Source of the DNA: an uncultured Gemmatimonadaceae bacterium
GTDB lineage: Bacteria; Gemmatimonadota; Gemmatimonadetes; Gemmatimonadales; Gemmatimonadaceae
Direction: 5' to 3'
Assembly (NCBI GenBank): GCA_963829055.1
Contig: CAWHHI010000009.1
Location: 32,001-96,000 of the forward strand
DNA: 64,000 bases
Shown: in pieces, positions 34,504 to 45,223 of the stretch
Layout: each line of letters begins with the position of its first letter
Position numbering within the stretch: position 1 is the stretch's first letter
The notes under the pieces: generated by a model
What the model saw: the letters and a program-made list of their open reading frames with translations, nothing else
Database searches by the model: none
What the model was told of the DNA's origin: nothing
Program-made: the position numbers and the translations under genes

Positions 34504-35795
34504 GTGACGAGCGCCGGAGCCTGGCGGACTGGTGGGCCGCACCCGCGGCTCCCTACATCGCCGCCGTCGCGGTGCGGACCGCGGCCCGCGCGGCATGGGG
34601 GCTGGCGCTGCCGACGCTGCTCACGGTTGCTGCCTACGGCAGCTATCAGGTAGTTGCGACGACGGCGGCAATGGCCGCCCAGCTCGCCTTGTTAGGCGCA
34701 CCGCAGACGATTGTTCGCTACGCTGGCCGTCGGCTTCCGATGCGCTTCCTCGTGCTGCATTCGGTTGCGCTCGCTGCGATCGCGATCGGCGCCGCGGCGG
34801 CATTCATACCTCGAACGCGCACACCGGCAATGCTCGGAGCGCTGGCGGCGGTGTCCCTGGCTACGCTCGGTGCGACATTGTTCGGCGCGCGAGCGAAGGC
34901 CCGCTTCGCGTTCGGCACGTCACTCCGCGCCGAGTTGGGCGGAGCGGTGGTATTGGTGGTCGCGGCAATCGTCGCTGTCGCGGGCATCGCGCGCACGGTG
35001 ATCACGCCCGGTGTCGCGCTGATGGTGGAATCGATTGCCCTTGGCGCGACCGCGGTGGTTCTCCTCCGAGCGCGCGACAGTCGAGCAACGACGACATCGA
35101 CGTCCAATGCGGCGCAGCCATCACCGCCTGTTCGACGCATGCTCGCCGACATCTACTCGGTCGGCGCCCTCGTACTGCTCGACGTCGTGCTGTTCCGGCG
35201 TCTCGAGGTGTACTTCCTCGAGCGCTCGCCCGACGGCCTCGTCGGCGTCGCCGTGCTCGGCTTGTCGCTGCAGATCGTGTCGATCGCGCTGCTCGTGCCG
35301 ACCGCGTTGCTCGAGACGTGGCAGCCGAGGCTCGCGCTTGCCCAGCACAGTGGCGGTGACGCCGGATTCGAGCGCGAGTTCGCGCGCCGGGGGAAGTGGT
35401 TCGCGCGCCTCATGGTCGGCGTTGTGCTGCTTGGCACCGCCGTTCCCCTCGTTGCGGTGCCACTGGTGTTTCCGCGGTACAGCCCGTGGTTAGGCTACAT
35501 CGTCGCGTTCGTATTCATCCGGCTCGCGTGTGCTGGCGCAGGCTTCTACTCGTCCGCGCTCTACGCAGCGGGCCGTCATCGCGCGCTCTATGCGCCAGCC
35601 GTCGTCGCTGTGGTGATCGCGATCGCGGGGAACGTGGTGTTCACCCGTCAGCTGGGGCTGCGCGGTGCGCTGGTCGCATACGGGGCGACGCAAGTGACGG
35701 TGGCGGTGCTCACGGTCGCCGCGTTCTACCGCGCGTCGACTCGAGTTGGCGCGGGGACGACACCGGAGCCCGCCGAGGCTCGGATAGTTGCCTAA
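34500..35795 (+). CDS. Polysaccharide flippase (Wzx/MATE-like)
   Basis: About 12 hydrophobic helices, within an EPS cluster; LGLRGALVA C-terminal pattern. Confidence 0.65.
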   Translation: MSDERRSLADWWAAPAAPYIAAVAVRTAARAAWGLALPTLLTVAAYGSYQVVATTAAMAAQLALLGAPQTIVRYAGRRLPMRFLVLHSVALAAIAIGAAAAFIPRTRTPAMLGALAAVSLATLGATLFGARAKARFAFGTSLRAELGGAVVLVVAAIVAVAGIARTVITPGVALMVESIALGATAVVLLRARDSRATTTSTSNAAQPSPPVRRMLADIYSVGALVLLDVVLFRRLEVYFLERSPDGLVGVAVLGLSLQIVSIALLVPTALLETWQPRLALAQHSGGDAGFEREFARRGKWFARLMVGVVLLGTAVPLVAVPLVFPRYSPWLGYIVAFVFIRLACAGAGFYSSALYAAGRHRALYAPAVVAVVIAIAGNVVFTRQLGLRGALVAYGATQVTVAVLTVAAFYRASTRVGAGTTPEPAEARIVA

Positions 35796-35852
35796 CGGCT
35801 CGGGTTGGCTATAGGCGTCATTCTCACGGGAACGTAGATCGCGGCTGGGCGC

Positions 35853-36266
35853 AACAGCAGTTCACCGCGGAGGACGCAGAGAACTGCTTCAGCCAACCAT
35901 CTCAGACGACTGGGCGAACGGATGCGTCGGATCAGCCGGATTGATTCCCGTGACGGGACGGAGGCTACGGCAACGTGTTGTTGATGAGGGGAACGGCCTC
36001 GCGACACCATGGTGTCACGAGGCCGTGTGTCATCCCGAGCATCCGCGAGGGATCTTCTCGACGGTCATTGTGGCCAGAGCGGCCACGATACCAAGACAGA
36101 AGATCCCTCGCTGGCGCTCGGGATGACATCGCTGCCGTTCCATCACGGCCGTTACGCCGACTCGCCTTCCATGGAGTCAATCCGGCTGATCCGGCGCATC
36201 CGTTCGCCCCTTCGTCCTAGAAGCCTGCTGAAGCAGTTCTCTGCGTCCCGGCAATGAACTGCCGTT
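35853..36266. repeat. Nested multi-arm palindrome enclosing a GTCATCCCGAGC REP (36028-36128)
   Basis: Concentric inverted pairs GGACGCAGAGAACTGCTTCAGC/GCTGAAGCAGTTCTCTGCGTCC, GGGCGAACGGATGCGTCGGATCAGCCGGATTGA/TCAATCCGGCTGATCCGGCGCATCCGTTCGCCC and TGTCATCCCGAGC/GCTCGGGATGACA. Confidence 0.88.
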
Positions 36267-36269
36267 CAG

Positions 36270-37313
36270 TCAACGATTGGTTCCCGCCAGTGATGGCGCA
36301 TCGCGATGGCTCGGCTCCGGTAGCCCGTTCGCCTCGCCGTTTCCGCTCGCGCCCTCGGGCAGCCGCCGCGTGAAGTCACCTTTCGCGAACAGCACCAGCG
36401 TCGCGACGAGCAGGCCAAGCGCGGTACCCAGCACGAGCTTGAGTGGAAGCCGGAGCGGGTCCGGCAAGAGGCGCGACGGAACGGAGTCGACCACCACCAC
36501 CGCGGGCGTCTCTTCCAGTTCGCGCGCCCTTGCCGTTTCGTAGTCGGTGCGGGCCTGGCTGTATACGGTCTGTGCGTCTTGCACTTCACGCTCCACCTGC
36601 TGACGCGACATCGCGGCGGTCGAGAATTGCGTGTACGCGCGGTTCGCGGAGAGAAATGACACGACGCGCTCCTCGGCCCGTCGCAACTGTCGCTCAGCGC
36701 TGTCCACCCGCTCGGCCTGAGCAACGCGCTGACTCGTCGCCTGCGCGCGGCTCACTCGCACGAACGTGTTACTCGCCGCTTCGACCAGGTGGTTGGCCAC
36801 CTGACGGACGACGGCGCTATCTGTGTGCGACGCACGGAGGGAGATCAAGCCCGTCTGCTTGTCGACTTCGGCGGCCAGGATGTCGCGCATCCCCGGTTCG
36901 ACTTGCGTGGGGCGGATCTTCGCCGCCGGACTCTCGAGGACCCGCTCGATCACGGTGCCGCCGCGCGCATCGGCGACGCGCTCCGACGCTACCTGCATGA
37001 TCACACTGCGCAGCAGGAGGAGCTTCGCGATGAAGTACGGCGTGGACTGGACGCCGCCGAGCTGAGCTTGCCCCAGGATCGCCGTGATCCCGCCCGAGAG
37101 CGAGGCTTGCCGCGCGTTAGGCACCGCCGCGAGCACGACCGACGCAGTGTACCGGCGCGCCGGGATGAGTGCGACCGCGAGCGCGAGCCCCCATGCGGCC
37201 ACGCAGATCGTGAGCACGAGGCGCCAGCGGCGGCGGTACGGCCGCACCAGTGCACCGAGCGGCAGCTCGGGATCGGTCTGCGGTACGAGGGCAAGCGAGG
37301 TATCACGCGGCAT
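36270..37313 (-). CDS. Wzz-like polysaccharide chain-length determinant
   Basis: N- and C-terminal TM helices flanking a coiled coil; YTASVVL and VVVVD motifs; EPS context. Confidence 0.72.
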   Translation of the reverse strand: MPRDTSLALVPQTDPELPLGALVRPYRRRWRLVLTICVAAWGLALAVALIPARRYTASVVLAAVPNARQASLSGGITAILGQAQLGGVQSTPYFIAKLLLLRSVIMQVASERVADARGGTVIERVLESPAAKIRPTQVEPGMRDILAAEVDKQTGLISLRASHTDSAVVRQVANHLVEAASNTFVRVSRAQATSQRVAQAERVDSAERQLRRAEERVVSFLSANRAYTQFSTAAMSRQQVEREVQDAQTVYSQARTDYETARARELEETPAVVVVDSVPSRLLPDPLRLPLKLVLGTALGLLVATLVLFAKGDFTRRLPEGASGNGEANGLPEPSHRDAPSLAGTNR

Positions 37314-38469
37314 AACGACAGTCGGACCGGTAGAGAGTGACGAGGCGATCGACCATGCGACCGATCTCGAAATGGCGAGCCTGCACGCGAGAAACGATGC
37401 GAGCGGCGCGAAGCGATTCGGGACGTTCGATGAACGCGCGTGCGGCCCCAGCGAGCGCTTCGGGCGTAGCGGCGGAGACGATCTCGCCGTTGCGTCCGCT
37501 GACGACACAGTCGCTCGCGCCGCCCACGGACGTGGTTACGATCGCACACCCCGCGTCCAGCGCTTCGAGCATCACGTACGAGAATCCCTCGTAGCCGCTC
37601 GTGACGAGCAGGATGTCGACTGCCGGAAGCACGTCGCGCCCGATCGCGCCGCGAAGCCAGCGCACGTGCGCGCTCAGCCCGGCTTTGTCGAGCGCCGCGG
37701 ACACGGCCGGCGCCTCGGGACCGTCTCCAGCGAGTACGAACCGGAGCGACGGGTAGGCGAGATGCAGGCGACGAAACGTCTCGACCGCGAGCAGCGGCGC
37801 CTTCTGCGGCACGAGTCGTCCCATGAAGCCGACGGTGATCTCGGCGTCGGTGATGCCTAACGACGAGCGCGCGAGCGCGCGCGCCAGATCGAGCGCCTCA
37901 TCGGAGCGCACGTCGATGCCATTCTCGATCACCGTCAGCTTGTGGTCCGGAATTCCGAGCGACCGGGCCAACAGTCGCTCCTCTCGCGACGTCGCGATCA
38001 CGCGATCGGTCGCGAGGGCCAGCCCATACTCGGCCAGGCCGTACAGCCGTCGCGCGACGGCCGACAGCGCTGGCGCCTGCGCGTAGAATGCATGCGGCGT
38101 GTAGAACACGCGCCGCGCACAACCCCAACGGGCGAGCCGGGCGAGCGCGCCGCCTTTTGCGCTGTGGCCGTGCAGCACGTCCGCGCCGCCGAATGCGCGG
38201 ACGGCACGCCGCAGCTGCAACGTGCCCACGACATCGTGCGGGCGCGGCGCGCGATGGACATCCACCCGCGCGAGCTCGTAGCCGTGGTCCGCGTGACGCG
38301 ACAGCCGTTCAGCGAAATCCGGTTCCGCGCGGCGGGTGGAGTGCACCACGAGCACCTCGAACCCGAGCTGCGGCAGTCGCTCCGCGACGTCGAGCACGTG
38401 CTTCCCGACGCCGCCGCCGGCAGCCTCGCACACGAGCACCACGCGCATCAGATCGCTCGAGGTGGTCAT
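37303..38469 (-). CDS. Glycosyltransferase family 4
   Basis: GGVGKH, HGHSAKGG, GRLVPQK and SGYEGFSYVMLEA motifs. Confidence 0.9.
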   Translation of the reverse strand: MTTSSDLMRVVLVCEAAGGGVGKHVLDVAERLPQLGFEVLVVHSTRRAEPDFAERLSRHADHGYELARVDVHRAPRPHDVVGTLQLRRAVRAFGGADVLHGHSAKGGALARLARWGCARRVFYTPHAFYAQAPALSAVARRLYGLAEYGLALATDRVIATSREERLLARSLGIPDHKLTVIENGIDVRSDEALDLARALARSSLGITDAEITVGFMGRLVPQKAPLLAVETFRRLHLAYPSLRFVLAGDGPEAPAVSAALDKAGLSAHVRWLRGAIGRDVLPAVDILLVTSGYEGFSYVMLEALDAGCAIVTTSVGGASDCVVSGRNGEIVSAATPEALAGAARAFIERPESLRAARIVSRVQARHFEIGRMVDRLVTLYRSDCRYAA

Positions 38470-39299
38470 GCGGTCACCAGATCGGAGCGGCGGCTGCGCA
38501 TGGCCTTGATAGCGACGATCCACGAATACGGGATCGCGAACCTGCCTAACGTTTTGGCGACGCCGAACCAGCTCTCCCACGTCCCGGGCCGGAAGTACGC
38601 GAGCTGGATGCGCAGCGTGCTGCGAAGCTGTTGCCGACGACGTCGCATCGAGAGCCCCTGAGGATCGAAGCGAGTCACCAGGAGCGTCTCGGCCAGGTTC
38701 GCCACTCGATGCCGTCGAGCGATCCGCCAGAACAGCTCGTAGTCCTCGGCCGCCGGATACGCCGTGGAGTACACGCCGACGGTATCGATCACACTCGTGC
38801 GAAACATCACCGCCGGATGGATCAGTGCCGTGGTGTGGTGCATCGTGCGCACGATGTCGTCATGCGCGGTGGGTAGCTCGCGCACGAATCGCACGCGTCC
38901 GTCGTCATCGCGCCACTCTACGGCCGAGCCGACGAGGTGGACGTCGCGATGCGCGTCGAGATAGTCGCGCTGACTCGCGAGGCGCCCGGGAGCACATCGG
39001 TCACCGTTGTCGAGCCGCGCGATGTACGCGATGCCGCGGCGGCGGATGTAGTCGAGTCCCGTGTTCAGCGCCCGCTCGATGCCGCGGTTCGCATCGTGAC
39101 GCAGGATGACGATCTCGACCCCAGCCGAGTCCGCATCGCAGGCGAGCGGCGGCGTGCTTCCGTCGTCGACGACGACAGCCACGATGGGAACGCCCTGATC
39201 GCGCAGCGACCGAAGCGTGCTCGTTAGGAGGCCGCTGTCGTTGAACACCGGAATCAGCACGGCGACCGTCTCTGGCGCGTCCGTCATCTGCCCGGTCAC
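38466..39299 (-). CDS. Glycosyltransferase family 2
   Basis: LIPVFN, VVDDGS, IARLDNGD, HPAVMFR and AEDYEL motifs. Confidence 0.9.
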   Translation of the reverse strand: MTGQMTDAPETVAVLIPVFNDSGLLTSTLRSLRDQGVPIVAVVVDDGSTPPLACDADSAGVEIVILRHDANRGIERALNTGLDYIRRRGIAYIARLDNGDRCAPGRLASQRDYLDAHRDVHLVGSAVEWRDDDGRVRFVRELPTAHDDIVRTMHHTTALIHPAVMFRTSVIDTVGVYSTAYPAAEDYELFWRIARRHRVANLAETLLVTRFDPQGLSMRRRRQQLRSTLRIQLAYFRPGTWESWFGVAKTLGRFAIPYSWIVAIKAMRSRRSDLVTA

Positions 39300-40606
39300 G
39301 GTGTTGCGCCACTGTGTTCACCGCTGCTCACGCCGGACTGCAGCCCGTACACGAGCCACAGCAGCGCGTCGACACCGGTGAACTGGATCGCGCCCGCCAC
39401 GAAGTACCCGGCGACGAACAGCAGCAGATGATCGCGGAAGCGGGTGGCGAAGACGCGGCGCGCCACGGACACAGCGAGCACCAATAGCGCGAGTAATCCC
39501 GGGATGCCCGTCTCCACCGCGTGCTGCAGGTAGATGTTGTGCAGGTTGTCCTCGGGGACGTCGACACCGAGGACGCGTCGCAACGTCGGCACTGCATTGC
39601 CGACGCCGACGCCCAGCGGGTATTCCGCGAACACGCGGAGCCCGCCGCGCCAGAGCATCATGCGGCCCAGCGAACCCGGCTCCTCGCCGATGGTCGAGAA
39701 GCGTTCGGCAACGTACGACGTGTCGCCGTACTGGCGCACTCTCGCCATCGCCCCCGCCATGACGACTACCGCTGCCGCTCCGACCGCGACGCCGAACAGG
39801 CGAGACCAGCGACGCCTAACGAAAGCGCGCGGCGACAGGTCGACGCGTCCAGCGCGCCGGCCGCCCCAGGCAAAGGCGATCGCAGCGCAGGCGGCCAGGC
39901 CGGCGATCACGAGACCGGCGCGGCTCGCGTACAGTGCGCTCGTGGCCGCGGCCGTCAGCACGAACGGAACGAACCACGCGGAACCTATGAGGAACACGGA
40001 CGACAGGGCGAGCCACGTCGCCTCCAGATTGAGCCCACCGCCGGACAGCGTGGGCACCTCCGGGTGCCCGAGCGGGCTGGCCAGATACGCGATGAAGGCC
40101 GGGATATGTTGCGTGTTCTTTGCAGTGACGAGCAGCAGGAACGCGACGCTCGCGACGCGGCACGCGCGGATGACGACCGTCGCACCCGCCGCGCGGCCGA
40201 CGCCGCCGGCAACGAGCGCGATGTAGAGCGAGATGAGCAGCTTGACGCCCGCGACGCGCGGCTCGTTGACGCTGTACGCGAGCAGTGTGGCCGCGGTCAT
40301 CACGGCGAAGTAGAGTAGTAACTCGGTCCGCGGACGTGCGATCCGTCCGCGGAAGACGATGACCGCGCCAGCAAGGAGCAGGGCGGCGTGGTAGAGTTTG
40401 GGTGTCGCGCCCGCATCGTCCGCTACGAGGGCGCCGGAGATGGTCACGGCGCTTGCGAACGCGGACACGACGAGCGTGGACAGCAGGGCCGTCGCCGTCC
40501 AGGGACGGAATCGTGCTGGATTCGTCATCCGCGCAGGCGTGACGTTCGGCGGGACCCCGAGGTTCATCTTTCCAAGCTCCTTAGTCGCTCCGAGCGACTC
40601 GGACAC
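39296..40606 (-). CDS. O-antigen ligase/polymerase (Wzy_C) family membrane protein
   Basis: ASRAG, GR..LW, PLGVGVGN and LHNIYLQHAVETGIPG motifs; true start may be further downstream. Confidence 0.82.
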   Translation of the reverse strand: MSESLGATKELGKMNLGVPPNVTPARMTNPARFRPWTATALLSTLVVSAFASAVTISGALVADDAGATPKLYHAALLLAGAVIVFRGRIARPRTELLLYFAVMTAATLLAYSVNEPRVAGVKLLISLYIALVAGGVGRAAGATVVIRACRVASVAFLLLVTAKNTQHIPAFIAYLASPLGHPEVPTLSGGGLNLEATWLALSSVFLIGSAWFVPFVLTAAATSALYASRAGLVIAGLAACAAIAFAWGGRRAGRVDLSPRAFVRRRWSRLFGVAVGAAAVVVMAGAMARVRQYGDTSYVAERFSTIGEEPGSLGRMMLWRGGLRVFAEYPLGVGVGNAVPTLRRVLGVDVPEDNLHNIYLQHAVETGIPGLLALLVLAVSVARRVFATRFRDHLLLFVAGYFVAGAIQFTGVDALLWLVYGLQSGVSSGEHSGATP

Positions 40607-40609
40607 ATA

Positions 40610-42218
40610 TTGCCTTTGTCGCCTTTGTCACTCGTGCAGAACTTCTCCGCCCGCTGGTGGGTCACCGGCTTCGTCGTCGCCGCACTGCTTGGCGCGCAAG
40701 CGCAGGCCCAGACACAGTCGGCGCCGCGCTTCGCATCTCCCATACTACCAGCGGATCACTGGGCGGTCGATGCCGCGCGTCGCGCGGTCGTGGTTGGCCT
40801 TGCGCCGGCCGGGTTCGCCTGGGGCGAAGGAACGTTGACGCAAGGCGTTGCGGGGTGGGCGCTCTACGAGGCCAGCGAGCGAGCCACGCAGACAGCGTCA
40901 CCACTAGCGAATATAGCGGCCGGCGAGTGGCGTCGATTCGTGCGTGAGTTCCCGGCCGTCGCCGCGAGACTCGTCACCGAGCTGGACCGCGGAAAGCGCA
41001 GCAGTACGGCCGGCACGACCATGCCATTCAGCGCCAGCATGGATGGGCGATTCGTCACCGAGACCGGGCGATTGCTTCCGGTGCGTTCGCTGGACCGGAC
41101 GAGGGAGAACGTGTCGCCGCCCGTCCCGCTAGCGGACCTCGACGACGGCGAGCTCGAGCTCAGGGTCGGCACGATCGCCGGCCAGTACGTCGCCGGCGAG
41201 GTCGCAGGTGGACGGAACGATGAGCGGTGGCAGATCCACGACTGGCATGTCATGGCGCAGGCAAAGTCGATTGAAGCGTGGGTCGGCGAGCGGGCTCCCG
41301 ACTTGGGTCCGGGAGTCGGCGGTGGGCTAGTGATCGATGGCCGCGCGGTATTCGGCGGTGGAGGCTTCGGGTTCGCGAACCCGGTCCGCGCGCCGTGGAT
41401 CTTTCGCCACCTGGGCTACATCGACGGCGAAGCCTTTCTCTCGCGTATCGATAGCAGCGCAGCCACGCAGTCACCCGTGGGTCTTCGCGTCGCACCTGTC
41501 GTTCTCGCCGCACCGGCGACTCCTGCTCGGCGCAACGCAGGCCTTCATGTTCAGCGGCGATGGGGTGGCGCCGTTCACGTTTCGCAACTTCAAGGAAATG
41601 TTCCTGACGCACGGCATCAAAACGGCCGGCACGGAGTTCGAGAACGGCATCGCCTCCGTGGAGGCGCGATGGCGTCCGCCGGTGCCGGTCGTTCCGGTGG
41701 TGCTCTACGCGGAGTGGGCGTCGGACGACAATCACGGGGCGTGGTTCAAGTTTCCGGCGATCGTCGCTGGCGCGTCGGTACCGTCCATTCCCGGAATTCC
41801 GGGCCTGGCGATCGGTCTCGAGCACGCATCGTTCGCGAAGCCGTGTAGTAGCTGCAATGGATGCGCGTGCAACTTCTACGCGACCTGGTATCGCCACTAC
41901 GTGTTCATGGATGGCTGGACGCTCGACCGGAGACCGATAGGCCACCCACTCGGCGGCGACGGGACGGAGTGGCTGGCCTATGGCCGCTACGACGACGCAC
42001 CGCGTCGCATTCGTCTGGACGCGCGCGTGTTCGCCCGTGACCGCGGCCGATACAACATCTTCGCTCCTACGTTGGAGGGACGAAGTGTCGGTGGTGCGCT
42101 TGCCGCGGACTATCGACTGACGGATGCGGTCGAGCTCCGTCTGGCCGGGGACCTCGAGCATGGGCGCGCCGACTGGTCATCGTCGTCGTTTCGTGCGGGC
42201 GTGCGCTGGGTGCCGTGA
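40610..42218 (+). CDS. Capsule assembly Wzi-family outer-membrane protein (frameshift near 41470)
   Basis: Signal peptide, DHWA, LYAEWASDD, WYRHYVFMDGWT...IGHPLGGDG; beta-barrel-like C-terminus. Confidence 0.7.
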
Positions 42219-42238
42219 CGTTTCGATGCTCTCTTCCG

Positions 42239-42293
42239 AATTGGGGTCAGACTCGAGTCTGACTCGAATTGGTCAGACTCATGACCCAATTTC
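42239..42293. repeat. REP-like palindromes GGGGTCAGACTCGAGTCTGAC
   Basis: Perfect 18-bp palindrome GTCAGACTCGAGTCTGAC plus a second GGTCAGACTC copy, between convergent genes. Confidence 0.7.
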
Positions 42294-42380
42294 ATCCAGC
42301 TTCAACGGCTTTCTTATCTGCGAGATCTGAGTCCTCAGAGCGCTCTGCGTTGCGTCGTTCCGGGCCGCGCACGCAGGCCT

Positions 42381-44975
42381 TTACCTCACAAGTACCGCCG
42401 CCAGCGTTACGAGGCTCGCGATGATAGACGCCACCACCGGGAGATTTTTCGCCCAGGACCCGTCGCTCGGCGGCTTTTCGGGCACCACGACGTGGCTCCC
42501 CGGGCCAGGTCTCGGCACGTCATCAGGGCCGAACGTTCGGCGTCGCACCGTCTCGACGTGCCCGCTCGCGTTCGTCACGTACGCGCGCGACGCGTCGCCC
42601 GCGCGATTCGGGCCACCGGCCGCCCTCATGTAGTAGTCGATGTTCGCGCCGGGTAGGTAGGCCACCGCCATCGGGGCGTTCACGGCCCCGGTGACCGTCA
42701 CGACTCCACTGTATCGCGAGATGTGGATCGAGTCGCCATCCTGGAGCACCAGGTTGTCCACCGCGCGTGCGTCGCGCAGCGCGCGCGGCAGGTCAATGCC
42801 AACTCGGCTGACGCCATCGCGATGGCGCTGGAACACGATGCCTGACGAGTCCGCGTTTGCGGTGAGGCCACCCGCGCGACGCACGAGCGACCCCAGCCTC
42901 TCGTCACGCTCCTTGAGCGCGTAGCGCCCCGGGAAGCGGACCTCGCCGCTCAGCACGACGGTTCGCGGCGGCAGCCAGTCCGGCTGTCGCAGAATGAGCA
43001 CGTGATCGTCCGGCCGGAGCACGACCTCACCACCAGCGGCAGGCGCGCCGCCCGCGGCCGAGCCGGGGCGAGCGAAGCGATACGTGGAGTCGAGACTGAC
43101 CCGCATCGTCTGCGCGCTCGCCCCGGCGGGGCGGTTCTCGGGAAAGCGCGCGATCTCGGCTTCGCCGAGGTAGGCCGTCTCGTCGAGACCGCCGGCGAGA
43201 AGGACGAGGTCGCGGAGCGTCATCCCGTCGCGGTATGCGACTCGGCCGCTCTGCTTCACTGCTCCCGTGATGGCCACGTACCGCTGCGGCCGAAACTCTG
43301 TGACGGAGAAGATGCGAATGTCATCATCGGGCGCGAGCGTCACCTCCTCGGCCGCGGTGCCGTCGGGGCGGAGCGCCGTCCGCAACTGTATGTGACTCGA
43401 GTCCGGGAGCGTGCGCGTAATGAGGACCTGGCCGAGATAGGCGTCGGGACGCAGTCCGCCGGCGTGCGCGATGGCATCGGACAGATTGAGGCCCGCCGTG
43501 AAGCCCTGCGATCCCGGCTGCCACACGTTGCCGGCGACGTTGATGCGGTTGCTGACGCGATCGGGAATCGCGAAGACGCGCACGACATCTCCATCCTCGA
43601 GCGCGACCTGCACCGTGTCAGACGGGCCAGCGCCGTCGCCCGGCGCGCGGCGCGTCCCGTACGCACTGACGTCGAGCACCACGCGCGCCGCACCCCCGTC
43701 CCGGCGCTGCGGCGCGGGCAGGATGCGTTCGACCTGCACGCGATTGATCACCGCCGTCGGACGATAGCCTCCGGCGGCACGAACGAGATCCGAGAGCGAT
43801 TCACCCGGACGGAGCTCGTACGTGGCTGGCCGGTTGATCTCACCGACGACGCGCACGCTGGGGCCGCGGATCGGCACGAAGACGACGTCGCCGGACTCGA
43901 GTCGCGGGTCGTGCGACGCGTCGCCGCGCAGCAGGTAGTCATACAGGTCGAGCACATCGACGACCTTCCCCGACCGGCGGATCTCGACCCGTCGCAGGCT
44001 CCCGTTAGGCGTCGGGCCGCTGGCCGCGTAGAGGGCCGTGAGCGCCGTGCCAGCACCGGACACGCGATAGCTGCCCGGCCGCACCACGTCTCCGGCGACG
44101 AACACCTGGTACGAACGCAGGCGCGCGACGTTGACCGAGAAGCGTGTCGTCGCGTTAGCTCCACGCCGCACGCCGGGGTACACGCGACCGAGCGTACCGT
44201 AGAGCAGGTTCTCGAGCTGCTGCACCGTGAGGTTCGCGACGTGCAGCTGGCCGACCTGGGGGATGAACACGAACCCTTCGCGCGTGACGTCGAGTCGATG
44301 CGCGAGCTCGACCTCGCCTGTCAGCAGGAGCACCAACTGGTCGCCGGGGCCGAGTTTGTACGAGCCGTCCACCGGGCCGGCAGCGTTCGGGTCGAACTGC
44401 GAGGTGGAACCTGCGAACAGGTCGAGCCCGAAGATCGTGCGGCCGCTGTCGGGCGGCGCGATCGGCCGCCCGTCCGACGTGCATTTGACCTCCGTTGGCT
44501 GGGAGCGCACGCGGCGTTGATCGAGCAGCACCGAATCCGCATTGCGGTCCGCCGCGGGCGCCGCGACCGTGTCGCACTGGACGACGGGGCGAGGCGGGCG
44601 CTCAACCGGTCGCTCGGCGCGGCGACCTGTGACACTCGCCGCCACCGAATCGGCTTCCGGGTCAACGGAGAGGGCACGAAGAGCGGAGACGACAGCGCTC
44701 GACGGAACCGAATCGGTCGCGCCGGCGGTCGTCGGCTGCATGTACGAATCCAGCAGCGTTTCCGGGTACCCCTCGGCGCGCAGACGCGCGCGCACCTGCT
44801 CCGGCGTTAGGCCGCTGTCGCGAAGGCGCTCGCGCACCTGTGCCGCGAGGTCGGGCCGCGCTTGAAGCAACGCCGCGGCGTCCTGCGGGCTTGGGCGCTG
44901 CGCGTGGGCAGTTGGGACAATGCACGCCAGGGCGATGCAGAGCACCGCCCAGCGGATGGTATATGGGATCATCAT
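42381..44975 (-). CDS. Polysaccharide export protein with multiple SLBB domains (Wza/KpsD-like)
   Basis: YKLGPGDQL, GFVFIPQVG, and repeated GEV..PG.Y...AGG SLBB units. Confidence 0.88.
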   Translation of the reverse strand: MMIPYTIRWAVLCIALACIVPTAHAQRPSPQDAAALLQARPDLAAQVRERLRDSGLTPEQVRARLRAEGYPETLLDSYMQPTTAGATDSVPSSAVVSALRALSVDPEADSVAASVTGRRAERPVERPPRPVVQCDTVAAPAADRNADSVLLDQRRVRSQPTEVKCTSDGRPIAPPDSGRTIFGLDLFAGSTSQFDPNAAGPVDGSYKLGPGDQLVLLLTGEVELAHRLDVTREGFVFIPQVGQLHVANLTVQQLENLLYGTLGRVYPGVRRGANATTRFSVNVARLRSYQVFVAGDVVRPGSYRVSGAGTALTALYAASGPTPNGSLRRVEIRRSGKVVDVLDLYDYLLRGDASHDPRLESGDVVFVPIRGPSVRVVGEINRPATYELRPGESLSDLVRAAGGYRPTAVINRVQVERILPAPQRRDGGAARVVLDVSAYGTRRAPGDGAGPSDTVQVALEDGDVVRVFAIPDRVSNRINVAGNVWQPGSQGFTAGLNLSDAIAHAGGLRPDAYLGQVLITRTLPDSSHIQLRTALRPDGTAAEEVTLAPDDDIRIFSVTEFRPQRYVAITGAVKQSGRVAYRDGMTLRDLVLLAGGLDETAYLGEAEIARFPENRPAGASAQTMRVSLDSTYRFARPGSAAGGAPAAGGEVVLRPDDHVLILRQPDWLPPRTVVLSGEVRFPGRYALKERDERLGSLVRRAGGLTANADSSGIVFQRHRDGVSRVGIDLPRALRDARAVDNLVLQDGDSIHISRYSGVVTVTGAVNAPMAVAYLPGANIDYYMRAAGGPNRAGDASRAYVTNASGHVETVRRRTFGPDDVPRPGPGSHVVVPEKPPSDGSWAKNLPVVASIIASLVTLAAVLVR

Positions 44976-45223
44976 TGGGTGCGGCAGATGTTTGTGCTTC
45001 AACCCGCCATCGGATCAAGGCGTCACCTGGTGCGACGCCGTCCGTCGACCGCATTGACGGACTGCACACGCTTTAATCAGATAGGTGCGCAAATTTTGTC
45101 AACTCACCCGGGCAGGCCCAACGTGAGCCAGCACGATGCCCTGCTCTCCGATTCGGTCCCAAGTACCGATCGGTCAGCGCATCCCTTCGCTCTTCCTCGT
45201 CCCGACAACCGAGCGCGACAGTT

